Positions 37,481 to 49,899 of a stretch of 64,000 bases of DNA are shown here, piece after piece. The stretch spans positions 744,001 to 808,000 of the forward strand of contig SMSO01000007.1 of NCBI GenBank assembly GCA_004764695.1. The letters are read 5' to 3'. The translations under genes and the position numbers were made by a program. This DNA is from Schizochytrium sp. TIO01. Its lineage: Eukaryota; Protista; Bigyra: Labyrinthulomycetes. Position 1 is the first letter of the stretch. Every line of letters begins with the position of its first letter. The notes below the pieces were generated by a model that was not told the origin of the DNA, did not search any database, and saw only the letters and a list, made by a program, of their open reading frames with translations.

Positions 37481-39932
37481 AATCAATCGATCAATCTTTT
37501 TCTTCGCAATCACATGCATCCTAGGAGTCAAACAGCGGACGCTAGGACTCCCACGCGGCGACAGTGCCATACTATCGTTGTAGTAACATCTCCGTCGCAA
37601 CAAACAACAGTTCTGAGTAGAGGTTTCAAGTAGCTAGCCACTAGTGACACAACCTCCGCCTAAGTGGTCTGAATGCCATAGCAGTGCGGCTAAGCGGCCA
37701 TTAAGAGGTCCACGGTGCCACTATTAAACTCATATTAGTAAATAGTAGTGATGGTTAGGCCGCGGGGTGGTGGAGATAACAACGGGCCAGGAGCACGGCG
37801 GTGCCTGCTGCGGAAGAGGAAGCAGAAACCAACATGAATGAAAAATGAGCAAGTTAACGGCAAAGAGAATGGGACTCGAGAAGAGATGAGAATAGCACAG
37901 AATATGGGAATTCGAGGTGAATGGATATGAATATGTGGAGAGGGCAAAAGCCGCCGTTCGGAGGGACTGACTGCTTAAGTCTGCGGGCACCAGTATCGTC
38001 CCCTCGTGAGACATGAATTTCCGCAGGCGGCATGGATGCAGTTATACATTCGTTGACTTGTTCATTGATTGATTGACTGACTTTGCTTTATATCTTTATA
38101 TCTTTATATCTTTATATCCTTATTGCTTTATTGATTGATGATTGATTGATTGATTGACTTTGCTTTGCTTTGCTTTGCTTTGCTTTGCTTTGCTTCATAT
38201 CTTTATATCTTTATATCTTTATATCCTTATTTCTTTATTTCTTTATTTATCGACTGATTGATTGGCTGACTTACTTGCTAACTCACTCATCCATCCGCTT
38301 GCAGATGGAAGCACTTCTCTATCTCTATTCACCAATCCATGCTCTCGCATTCTGAACGAACTTCTCCTGCTTGTTCTGCTTCTTGCAAACCCCTCCCTCC
38401 CTCCCTACGACACCTCAATAATTCCACTCTGTAACCCCAGGCCTACGCCCTGCCTACCCACTCCTAGCGCCCCTGGAGTGGGCATGGAATGTGGGCCAGC
38501 ATGGGAAAAAAAGGCGCAAAGACGCGCTAGCCCCTCCCAGCTAGGGGAAACGCTAGGGCGGCCCTCTTGCATGTTCTATGAAGGATACGAATGCGAGCGA
38601 GGAGGCGCCCTTAGGCAGCAGTAGCGAAGGGGTAGCGCGTAGGCAGTGCTATGCGCTGCTACCAGTTCAGGCATTGACTGTACACAGTATGGAGTTAGAA
38701 AAAGTTTCATTCATTCATTCATTCAAACAGTGATCGATTGAGTTGAGTAAACTGAGTGAGTGAGTGATTGAGTGATTGAATAAGGATCATATCATATCAT
38801 CAATCGTCGATCATCCTCAGCGGCAGGCAGCGGCAGAGGCAGCTGGAGACGGCTGGAGGCTGGCTACACCGCGGGGGCAGCCGCTGGCGCGCGTCTTGAG
38901 TTTTGACCTCGCTCGAGGCCCGGGACGAGCGGGGCGGTTTTCATCGGCGGCAAGAGAGACCCCGCATCGTCATATCATCATCGAGCGCAGAGACGGCGGC
39001 TCCTGCGTGCTTTGCTTGCTTGCTTGCTTGCTTGCTGGCGGGCTGGCTGGCTTGTCTATCGTCATACAGACGTGGATATCTCGCCAGGTCTCCTGAGGAC
39101 GTGCAGGAGGCGCGGCCCAGCTGCCGTGGCAGAGAGGAGGGTCCCAGGGAGCTCGCGTCGCCGGAGAAGCCTGCCTGCGACTCCTTCTTTCTTCGCAGAG
39201 CTTTCGTTTGTTATTTCTTTCTTTCTTTCTTTTCGTCTCCTGTTAGATAGAGACTGATAGAGTGGTAGGCAAATCGCTAGTTAGCTAGCTAGCTGCCTAT
39301 ATAGCAGCTGTATAGCTAGCTAGTTAGCGGCATTCGCAGAAGAGAGACTAGGTAGATCATAATAGCTTTGGGCAGAGAACGTTTGGCGGACAACTTGGGC
39401 AGTTGACGTCGTGGCGACTGGCGGTGGACTAGACTGAAGTGACTTGTGCGCGGTGTGGGACTCGCTTCATCGAAGCTGGAAAGAAAAAAGGTGGACTCAA
39501 TCAATCAATCAATCAATCAATCAAGATTGCTTTGGTTGTATCGTTTTCGTTATCGTTTTTTGTTTGTTTGTTTGTTTTGTTTGATTTTTCCCCTCGTGAG
39601 CCCTTGGAAAGCAAAGCGAAAGGGGCCACGGAGCTGCCACGAGAGCGCCTTGCGTTGTGTACATTTGTGTTTGCCCAATAGCAACCAATCGAGTATTCTT
39701 TAAGGCCCCTTTTAAAAGATTTGGGGCATTGTTGAAATTCGTGACTTGCCAAGAGAAGTTTTGGTAGTAGTGGTATTTAAGCGGTGCACCAAAACGAAGG
39801 TCTCACCATTTCTTTACTAAAGAGTAAAGAAGAAGAGACAACTGCAAAAACAAAAATACAGTCTAGCATTGGAAGAAAATCGCGATTCAAACTGAGCAGC
39901 TGCAGCTTTAACGGCAATAATAAACAAAGACA

Positions 39933-42900
39933 ATGACGTCCAGTAGCGACATGGAGGATGACTCCCGAACTCGAGGTAACAGCAAAGGTGTGGCCACGGA
40001 AGGTAGTAAAAGCTTCAACCAGAATGACGCAAAAGATGCTAGTAATGATGATGATGCCATTATGGAAGATAGCACTAGTGTCGCGATCTCAAAGAATAAA
40101 TCAGATCGAACTTCCTCAGGGAGTAAAAAATCCTCAAACAATCCTCGCCTTTCAACAGCGGGCGGGGAAGGCGAATACGTCCCTTCTTCAGATCTACTCA
40201 AAAGATACAAATTAGAGGATCGTTCAGTTGCCCGGATTCGTAACTTATTGAGCATGATGCTTGGTTGTGAGTTGCACAATGAAGAGGTCGAGCTTGAACG
40301 CATCTGCAAAGCATTAAACCTAGACTGGGCCTACCTTCTCAAGGTTGTCATGGTGTTGGAAGATCTAGGTGTATTTCGTCGTACAAAGGCAATTAGTGGA
40401 CGTTCTTGTTTTGGCGCATTTGACACGGACTTTGAAATCAGTTTCGCGGTGAGGAGTCTCGACGATATGAAACATATCGACACTAGCCTTGCAACTAGAT
40501 TTCTGAATGAGTGTATCAAGCCTGTTCTTCAATTCGATATTGAGACTACTGGATTTTCCTGGATTGCTGCAGAGGCAACTCGTGATACCAAGCCAGACCA
40601 TAATGGTAGGTTGTGGTTTCGGTCCCCTGTTCAGCTTACAATTGATGGTTTCAAACGAATTCTTGAAAACGATATCAAACAAGCAAAACAAGCGGCTTTG
40701 CAAGTCTTTGCAGAGAAAAAGGGCTCCACAGCCTCATGTACCGTAGAAGATACTGTAGGTTTTGTTCGAACTGAGGCAACAATGGGAGCCAAAGTTGTTA
40801 TTACGAAGAAAGAGAGTTTGGACCTTGAGGTGTCGATTCAAGGCGCTCGCAAATCGAAGACTCTGAAAACTTTTGAAGACGGAGTCGCCCAACTTCGGCT
40901 CATGGAGAACCGTCTTGATGAACTTATCAAACAACAACGCGCAGATCTTGCAGATACTTTTGCTAAAAATGCCGACGACCTCTATGTCACTCCACGGGAA
41001 ATCGCAGCTCCGCTTGTGGCACCTGGTTCGTCTACTTTTGTACTTAACGGAAGTAATGAGACGCAAATCTCTGTCCCTCATCCTTATGATGGTATCGCTC
41101 GAGGCCAGGTTGACCCTCGTACGGGAGATCTACTTGCACGTTATCAAATTTACTTGCACGATACCAAGGGGGCCTTGCAGGCATTTTTGTTGGCTCCACC
41201 TCCGCCAGACTCCGAGGCTGGCGATGATGGAACAACTGGACTATCTGAAGCAGAAGAGGGAGTAGATGCTGTGTCTGACGACGGCTCATTCTCACTTGAT
41301 TCCTCTCACCAACGCCAAGAGAAACAACGCAAACGGAGACAGCGTCGCCTTATTCACAAGCTTCAATGGGAGGGACATGTGGCTGCAGCACGCAACTGTC
41401 AGTTCGGTCCTCCACACGATCGCACTGGCCGTCTTGGTGGCCTCCTTGGTGAACGTGCATTTGCATTCGCAACTTCTCTGGATCTTACCAGTCAGCGCCG
41501 CAGGGAGCGGCTTGCTTTAGAGAATATGCGCACTCGTGCTAACAAGAGAGTCAGACCCCAGGACCCAGAGTTTGAGAACTTTGAACCTTCAGCAAACGGT
41601 AAGCTTGATCTAGATACAGGTAACCTGCCCGCAAAATTTGTGCGATCTTGGCGCCCAGATATGCGGAACTATCGCCGCATGGGTCACCTCAAGGGCGTGG
41701 TCAGATACAATACAAGCTCAGGTACATTCAAACCCGCTTTTGATCCACGGGACGCGGAGAATATGAGCTTGCGGCGTGATGTACGTCTTGACATCGCTGA
41801 AGCAGAACGTAGACGCAACGGAGAGGACATTAATGACGAGGCCGATGCGGGGGCAGTTGAAGATGCGCTCGGTTATTCTAGAGCAGAGGAGGATCTTGGC
41901 CCTCGGTTCATTCGCTACTTTGACTCAAGGAAGTGCAGGTCGTATTATTATGATCGTGCATCGGGGGACGTTCAGTGGTATGTGCCTGCCGAATCTATTG
42001 CCGCGGGTGAAGTCCACGATAGTGAGCAGTTCAAGATTGCAAGCACGCAAGCTGCCATGGATTCTCCTGAAGATATCATTGAAGAAGATTCACCTTTCGA
42101 TCTTATCCAAGAACAAGAGAATAACATCATTAGTGCCGCAACTGAGGCGAATGTGAATGCTAGCTTAGAGCAGCCAGGCGTAGATGCAGCCGTTGCAGTG
42201 GCTGCAGCTGTAGCTGCTCCTAAGGCCGCCGCTGCCGCAGCTGCTGCTGCTGCTGCCGCCACTGCAGTTGTGGCGAACGCAGCAGATATTGTACCTGAAA
42301 CCCCATCTGAGGAAGTAAAAGACGCAGCAGCGCAAGCGGCTGCATTGGCTGTTGCTACTGCTGCTAGCGTTCCCGGAGCTGCGGCATCTCCTCTTGCCCA
42401 AGCTGCAGTCATGGATCAAGCTCGTCAGAGCAATGGATCTGATGGCAATGGTGCCGCCTCGAGTACTACAACCAACATCGGTTCTCGTGAAACCCCACTG
42501 GTACTTTCATTGCCTGCTGCTTTAGCGTTATCAGAGGCGGGTCAGCTTCCACTGATCCCTGAATTTCAGAAGGACTTGGAGACACGTCTCGCCGAGTTCC
42601 AGCCTTTGCTGACTCCCGAGCAATTCCAACTGTTCCGCCAGCAGTATCACCAGGAACTGCACGCACATCAGCTTAACCTGATACGTGGCAATGAGGTAGA
42701 GCGATATAGAATCTTAGATCAGCTAAGCACAGACCATGCGGAACATATTAAGCTTCAGCTTCAAAAGCTTCAAAGCCAACAACAATTACCAGAGTTTCAA
42801 CAGAAATCAAGTTTACTTGAAGAGCCAAACAAATCAAGTCCTAAACCTAACGCAAAACAGCCTAACCTTGAGGAAGCTAAACGTTCTCGCTCTCAAGAAG

Positions 42901-44725
42901 CATCGACAAATAAGGGAGGCAAACCTGCGAAGCAACGCAAAACATCACCTGCGTCAGCCGGACCACAAGCGGATAAGAAACGCGGGTCTCCTTCTCCAGG
43001 TCTATCCACCACTGGAAGCAGTAACTCTGCCATGCCGACTCCTGCTGGCAATGCTGTTGCTGCTACTTCAACCACAAACTCAGCAGATAAGTCAGTTCGA
43101 TCTACTCCAGCAAAGGCTGAATTTCCTCAACAGAATCAGCAACCCCACTCACAACAGCAGAAAGCCCAAGGCTCAAAGTCTGACAGTGATGGCTCATTAG
43201 AACAGCAGCAGCAACAACAACAACACCAAATGCAGCTTTTCCGCCAGCAACAGCAGCAACAGCAGCAGCAACAGCTTGAAATGGAGCTCAAAAGGCTGCC
43301 ACCAGAGCACCTCATGGCTTTGCAGCGTCAAATCGAAGAAGGCAGTATCACAATGGAGCAACTTGCAAGTTTGCCACCCGGTACCAGCGAGATGATCTTA
43401 CAGCAGCTCTTGGAACACCAAGTCCAAACAAACTCTTTGCCCGCAAATGATGGTGTTAATGTTCCTGACTCACAAATTGGTGTGGTATCTCCTTTTGCGA
43501 TCTTCTGTCGGCACAAAGGTACAGACCCAACGTCGCAAAGGGGCACTGCCCAGGAGCGCGCTGCTGTTTTTTCTGCACTGCGATACGAATGGCAAAACCT
43601 GACAGACGCCAACAAGGCTGTATTTCGAATGGCCGCCGCGATGATTGGCCCGGAAGTACCCGGTGCATTGCAGCCACAAAACCCTGCGGATACGGATTCG
43701 TTGAGGCACTCTGGCATGGACCCTCGCGGCCTGAACTTCTTGCAGCAGCAACAACGCCAAGCATCAGCCGAAAGTAGCAGCAAGAAGAGTGATCGTGATT
43801 CCACATCGCAGTTTCGTCAACAACAGCAGCAACAGGACCACCTGCGGCGGCAAGCAAGCTCTTCATCTACGTCCAACCAGCAACAGCAACAACCGAGTTC
43901 ACAATCTCAGATCCAGTCTGTGCAGCAGCAGCAACATGAGTTGGTCATGCGCTTGCAGCAACAACAACAGGCTTTGCAAAACGCAGGTACACGAGCTGAG
44001 CAACAGCAATTACAACAGCAGCACAAAGAACTCCAAAATAACTTGCGTGTGCTTTTGGAATCACAAGTTTCTCAAGGCCAAACGGAGGAAGCACAACAAA
44101 CAATGCAGATGTTATTGATGTATCAATATCTAGAAGAACAGCAACAACTCCGAGAGGAAGAGGAAATGCGGATGCGCCGCCAACAGCAGCAGCAGCAGCA
44201 GCAGCAGCAATCTCGGCAGAATCCGTCGAAGCAAAACTTTATGCAGCCAAATGTTGGTAACAGAGGTGCTGATATGAATTTACAAGCATTGCAGCAGCAG
44301 CAGCAACAGCAGCTGCAGCAGCAACCCGAAGACATGTTTGATGCTGAAATAAATCAGATTGCACAACAACTTGGAGTTCCTGTGGAAAGGATCAAAGAAG
44401 AGATTCGCCGGCATCAACAACAGCAGCAGCAGCAACAACAACAACAACAACAACAACAACAGCTGGCTCACCAAGGCGGAAACATAGGAGGAGGGATGGG
44501 AGTAGCGTTTGGTCAAAATCAGCAGCAACAGCAAATGCCTTTGCAAAGTATGGATGGTAACCAAATGAACCAACTGAGCTTATCCGACCAAGCATCTGCT
44601 ATGTTGCAGCATAACATTGCAGAATATATTCCGGACTTCCACAAGCTCCCTCCTCAGGCACAACGTCAGTTGCAAGAAAGCCTTCATGAAACGCTCTTAC
44701 AAAATATGATGGAAGAACAACAAAA

Positions 44726-44756
<31 letters not shown>

Positions 44757-44765
44757 CAACAACAA

Positions 44766-44807
<42 letters not shown>

Positions 44808-45062
44808 CAACAATTGCAGATGGCACAACAACGAATGAACCCTGTTGCAGCCCCTGATGAAGACAATCAGTTGGATGCTCTCAATTTCCTTCACCAAGTA
44901 AAGGCAACATTCAGAGACCAGCAGGACACGTACCACAATTTCTTGAGCCTCATGGACAAGTTCAAGCTTGGAGAAATGAACTCTGAGCAGATCATTGCCC
45001 AAGTGGGCCGTCTTTTCCACGAGTACCCTGAACTTTTAAAATGCTTTCGACAGTTCGTGTAG
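39933..45062 (+). CDS. multidomain nuclear regulator: degenerate E2F winged helix + E2F coiled-coil/marked box + WW + HMG-box-like + polyQ + C-terminal Sin3-type PAH
   Basis: 1709-aa ORF. WH-like EVELERICKALNLDWAYLLKVVMVLEDLGVFRR (~40280-40385); CC-MB QLRLMENRLDELIKQ...LYVTPREI...TQISVPHP...YQIYLHDTKGALQAFLL (~40870-41190); WW FIRYFDSRKCRSYYYDRASGDVQWYVP (~41900-41990); HMG-like SPFAIFC...LRYEWQNLTDANKAVFRMAA (~43485-43645); PAH DALNFLHQVKATFRDQQDTYHNFLSLMDKFK...VGRLFHEYPELLKCFRQFV (~44874-45059). Confidence 0.88.
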
Positions 45063-45441
45063 ATAAAGATTTGTTCAGCAAGATGCACGAAGAATGCCCC
45101 CTTCACACCTCTGTGAATACTTCTTCAAAAGCAAACTTCAACCTACTTTTTATTCAATTATTTCTCCTTCATGAGATACACTACTAAAACTAGCCAAACG
45201 ATTATTTTCTCATACACCGCTGTTCTAGCTGTTCAATCGTTACAATACTTTTATAATGGATTTACACTCAATATAAGTACAGACTATATTCTTCAAAAGC
45301 ACGTAGTTGTAAACGTGACGAATGACCGAAAAGTACAAACAGATTCGAAAAAATATATAAGCACAAATGATGAATTTATTAGGCAGGGTTTTTTGAGCAC
45401 GATTTATACAGAAGGAGTGAAGGAGGTTGGCATGCATCTGC

Positions 45442-46482
45442 TTATAATCTTTCATTGTATCGACGAAGTCGAGTTGATTGCCAAAGACATAAAGACCATA
45501 GCAATACAATTCCTTGAAATGCAATACATATACTTGCTGTTACAAGAGCAAAAGTGAATCGAGGAACCCAATTACGAATCAGCAGTACTGATATCAATCC
45601 AATAAAGCCTGAACCCGGAATACCAACCAGGAGGACAGTGGTAAAAAGGACGTGTATAAGAAAAAAGATATCGAATCGTGTCCAAGCAGCTTCAGCCTCA
45701 TACTTGAGGTTAATGTAAAGCTGCCTTGTCCACAAAAACCATCCTACATATGAACTCACAACTAAATAACCAATCGACCACATCCAGGCAGAAAATGCAG
45801 GAATGCTTTCACGGCTATTGCCCGAGGTTGGCGCCGGGCCTAAGACCAATATACCTAAAAGTATGCAGTTTATCAGTAAACTAAGCACGTGCAACCAATG
45901 AATGTAAAAGGCCTGACGAACCAAGGAAGCCTCTTTCTGCAAAAGATTCTTATGTAGAGTTCGGAACATTCGCCATTCGGCAACACATAGAATGAGACTC
46001 AAGCAGCCATTCAGTGAGAAGAAGCTGTGGCTACCTGGAGCTGACGATTGGGTGTCCGTTTTATAGTCCTGAGACGCTCTTGACCTTGATTGCCTAGGAG
46101 GGTACGGCATAGAAGGGTACGGTGAGAAAGGATCGGGCGCATCTTGGCTACTACCAATGCTTACTCGGGGGCTGGGCGTATCATGAGAATACTCGTCGTC
46201 CAGGAGGCCTATAGTGTCTTCTCCATAAACAGAACTCAAGTGATACGGACTGAAATTAAAGATATTAGGAGCATTCTCAACCGCGGTCGCGTCCGAAGCG
46301 AAAGCAGCTGCATAAGGGTTATTCGGCACAGAAGAGTCCTTGTCGTCCCAGACACCAGAAAACGCAGACGCTGCAGCTGAGTTGATCTGGTCCTCAACAG
46401 TCTTGCGAACCTTTGCCTTCACGGCACTATGAACGAAGTCCTCGACAACCTTTTCACCTCTTGCTGCGATGGACGTCGCCAT
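45442..46482 (-). CDS. secretory carrier membrane protein (SCAMP family)
   Basis: Low-complexity N-terminus with NPY/DPF; four TM helices; E-peptide-like WFLWTRQLY; VGIPGSGFIGLI. Confidence 0.75.
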   Translation of the reverse strand: MATSIAARGEKVVEDFVHSAVKAKVRKTVEDQINSAAASAFSGVWDDKDSSVPNNPYAAAFASDATAVENAPNIFNFSPYHLSSVYGEDTIGLLDDEYSHDTPSPRVSIGSSQDAPDPFSPYPSMPYPPRQSRSRASQDYKTDTQSSAPGSHSFFSLNGCLSLILCVAEWRMFRTLHKNLLQKEASLVRQAFYIHWLHVLSLLINCILLGILVLGPAPTSGNSRESIPAFSAWMWSIGYLVVSSYVGWFLWTRQLYINLKYEAEAAWTRFDIFFLIHVLFTTVLLVGIPGSGFIGLISVLLIRNWVPRFTFALVTASICIAFQGIVLLWSLCLWQSTRLRRYNERL

Positions 46483-47690
46483 CGGGAGGTTGAGGTCTCA
46501 GAAAAGCGAGGGGAAGCCAAGATGGCAATCGAACAAAAGGAAAGACAAAGCAAACAGTAACTGGAACTTGACGATGAAAAAACCTTCACACTATTCGCTG
46601 TTCCCAATGAAATGCCCCAGAGTTGACGCAAAGGTCAAGGGGAATGGCTCTGCTATTTGGGCTTCTCAGCGCGCTACAAAAGCGAGACTGTTTTGTCGTA
46701 GATAAATGCGAATATATTTTTATTTGATTTTTTAAAATTAAAATATATAATTTAATAACACATTTATTTAATTTAATTATAAAAAACACAAACAAACGAA
46801 CAAACAACCAAACAACCAACCAAACAACAACAACAACAACAAACAACAAACAATCAAACAACCAAACAATCAAACAACCAAGCCTACACACAAAAAAAAA
46901 TTTAGAAAATAACTTAGAGATGACTGACTACTTGCATATATAGGTATTGTAGCTTCAGAAGCTAAGCTCGCTGGAGTTGTTCTCTCTAGGTGTGATCTTT
47001 CAAAGGGCCAATAAAGTCCCTTGGTAGGTTTGTTTGTAAAACATTACAATGTGATCTCTTGTGACGAATTTTTAGTTACGCAGTATCGAGTAAGCACTTG
47101 TGCAAGGTATTATGTGAATGGATAGGCAGACTTTCTCATCTAACTTAAGAATTGCTGACGAGATATCGTTGGGCAGTTGTTGAAGCATTGTCTTAAACTC
47201 GTTTCGTTCCTGTGAGTACCACAGGGTGTGACCATAAAAAATAGAGTTTTCGTTTGTGCTGCATTTGTGGAGTTACAGGGTAGACATGTGGTACTTGATT
47301 TCTGACTTCGCGCCAACAAGATATCTATCACTAGAAACAAAAACAAAAACAAACTGATATACATGATGCTATACTATCTGGAGATGCAAAGATTGATGCT
47401 CTTGTTTTTTTTTTGAAGCCCAAATCAGACACTTTTGATTTCGTTTTAGGAAATTGCTTATGGCTTAAACTAAGAGTCAAACGAATAAAAAAAGAGCTAG
47501 TGGCTCTCATTATACACCGAACACAGGAAATGACATGGATTAACAATTATGATTTTCTAACACTACATCAAGCAATAAGAAAGTCCGCTTTGAGACATCA
47601 CTGGCAGCTGCAAAAGTTTCAGCAGGTAGTAGTCATGTCTCAATATATACCACAAAGGGCAAGGCGAGGATATAGCAGATTGCTTTTAAT

Positions 47691-48956
47691 CTATTCTACA
47701 GAAGTTTCCCTCTCGTCACCGACAAGTGCTTTGAGGCGTTGCACGGCGCCCATGAGAGACTCAAGGCACCTTCTTTCTGAAGTAAGGAAACTTAAAGCAA
47801 GACGCACCCGTTCTGGATGAATGTTCTGGCAAATCTCAGAAGGAAGTTGTCGAGCATTAATCTGTTCCCCCAGCTCTTTCTCGAGATGATTCAAGGCAGT
47901 CATCTCGGAAGCGACACTTCCGTATGGGCTGCCAACCTCACAAACAAAAGTCCAATCCTCGTCATCTTGAGACATGTTCTGGTAGGGTTGGGACGTCTCC
48001 GAAAACGTTTTGGACTGTGGAGTGGCCTCGCGCGCGGCGTCCAAGAGGCCATGCGGAAAGATGAAAAAGTCTGGTGTTCCGCAGCGCACCTTGAACGTAT
48101 CTTCCCAGAGAGTCACGTAAGCCACATCCTCGGGCCCTGTTGCGCCAACGAATCCATAGTGCAACAGAAGTTCTACATTTGATTTTGCACCGTAGTTAAT
48201 GTATACTGGCGCGCCAGCCTCTACATGCCGCCCTGCACACAGGACTACGTGACCTTCTTTCGATGTCTTGAGCTCATGTAATTGGCCCGTACGGTGATTA
48301 AGCGAGTCCAAATACGGTGTCATTGCTGAGGTTTCCGCCCGTTGTCCATTAGAATTTAAAGGTACGCGGAGCGCTCGGCTCCAAAACATAGCAGCAGCCC
48401 ACATGGTTGTTTGGATAGGGATCCCTAGCTCCTCCAGCGCCCTTTGAGCCCACATCATTCGTTCGTGCTGCTCCTTAAGGGCTCTTTTAGCAACCTCATT
48501 GTCAGGAAGGAGAGCTTTGAGCTCTTCTGATGACCACGTGCTCGCAGCGTGGACTTCAGTATCGCTTGGGAGGGCTTCAATGTAGGCCGTACGGGGTCCC
48601 GCATGAGAGTGAAGTGCTAGGACCAAAATACAGGGCCACGCCTCCTCCTCAACTGCAGCGTAGAAGTTACCTGGTCTTGTGAGCTTATATTTTTTCAAAA
48701 ATGGTGCCAATCGAGGATCCTTGGAGGCGGCAGTGGCATCCAAGAGCAATTTTGCGGGCACTGTGAGAATGGCTTGCCCAGGCTCTATGTCTTTCAAGGC
48801 CACTGCGCCATTACCTTCACAGGCATCTCCAGAAAGACCAAGACGAATTCTGTCACATCCGTGGCCTCCGTTCTCGGAAATCCATGATTCGAGGGCTTTG
48901 AGAGTGCAGTGCGAAGCGCCGTTATCTGTATTTGTAGACATGACCATGGCTGCCAT
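47691..48956 (-). CDS. SET-domain protein lysine methyltransferase (Rubisco LSMT/SETD3/SETD6-like class)
   Basis: GNGAVALKDIEPGQAILTVP, WSRAL, AMTPYLDSLNH, VYINYGAKSNVELLLHYGFV. Confidence 0.9.
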   Translation of the reverse strand: MAAMVMSTNTDNGASHCTLKALESWISENGGHGCDRIRLGLSGDACEGNGAVALKDIEPGQAILTVPAKLLLDATAASKDPRLAPFLKKYKLTRPGNFYAAVEEEAWPCILVLALHSHAGPRTAYIEALPSDTEVHAASTWSSEELKALLPDNEVAKRALKEQHERMMWAQRALEELGIPIQTTMWAAAMFWSRALRVPLNSNGQRAETSAMTPYLDSLNHRTGQLHELKTSKEGHVVLCAGRHVEAGAPVYINYGAKSNVELLLHYGFVGATGPEDVAYVTLWEDTFKVRCGTPDFFIFPHGLLDAAREATPQSKTFSETSQPYQNMSQDDEDWTFVCEVGSPYGSVASEMTALNHLEKELGEQINARQLPSEICQNIHPERVRLALSFLTSERRCLESLMGAVQRLKALVGDERETSVE

Positions 48957-49899
48957 GATGCTAAAGTAGCGGGTTTGTAGGTACTTCGCGAGCTAGTATA
49001 GGAAACGATTGTAAACAGATATCAGTACGGCAGCGCGGGGATGACCCTTTCTGCGACTGTAGACACACTGCTATACTGAGTAAAGCACACGGACACTTTG
49101 TGTAGTGTTGCAACTTTGCGAAAGGCTCAAGAATGACTCGACAACTGTGCTCAGAAAGAGAACATAGCAGATGGAACAGAACACAGGAAGGAGGAGAAGT
49201 CCAAGCTGACTTGGGACTTTCACAACAACGAGATAAAAAGTTCAAGCTTGAAGACTAACTCAGACAGATTATACTTTAAAATATGGTAAGGCAGTCTTGG
49301 GATAGCGATGTAGTCATAGAATTATTGCGCCCCAAACAACACTGTTGTTAAGATATAATGCAGTTTTCAAAGGGGAACTTCAAAACACGTACGAAGAAGG
49401 ATGGCGAAAATCTTGTAGTTGAGCCTGAGAAAAAGCTCAACTGTATCTGTGGAAGCTTTCTTTGACCCTAATTTCAAATATATTGAGCTAGTGATTTTTG
49501 ATAGTGCTGTTTGAGGCACCTCCAAACAAAGAAGCAGTATCTAGTTTCTAATATACTGCTACATATTGAGTTTTTCTTTGGATATTCAAGCTTACTGAAT
49601 GAGCAAACCAAGTCTGGGCAGGCATAGGCCAATCTTCTCTTATAACACTAGGCTCATAAAAGTGCGATTAGAAAATATGTTTCTAATGATTCGTAGAAAG
49701 AGGTGTTCACGAGAACATCACACCCAAAAATCAAAGCATCATGTTGCCATGGTAGTCGGAAAGTGAACTAGTATGTAAAGGGAGAGAGAAATTTTGCAAA
49801 CGTCCATGTTGTCTCGCTCTCTGGCTATAGCACATAATAATATCTCTCCACTATATATAAGGAAACTAGGAGCTCGAAATTAATGTAAGAAACTTTATC

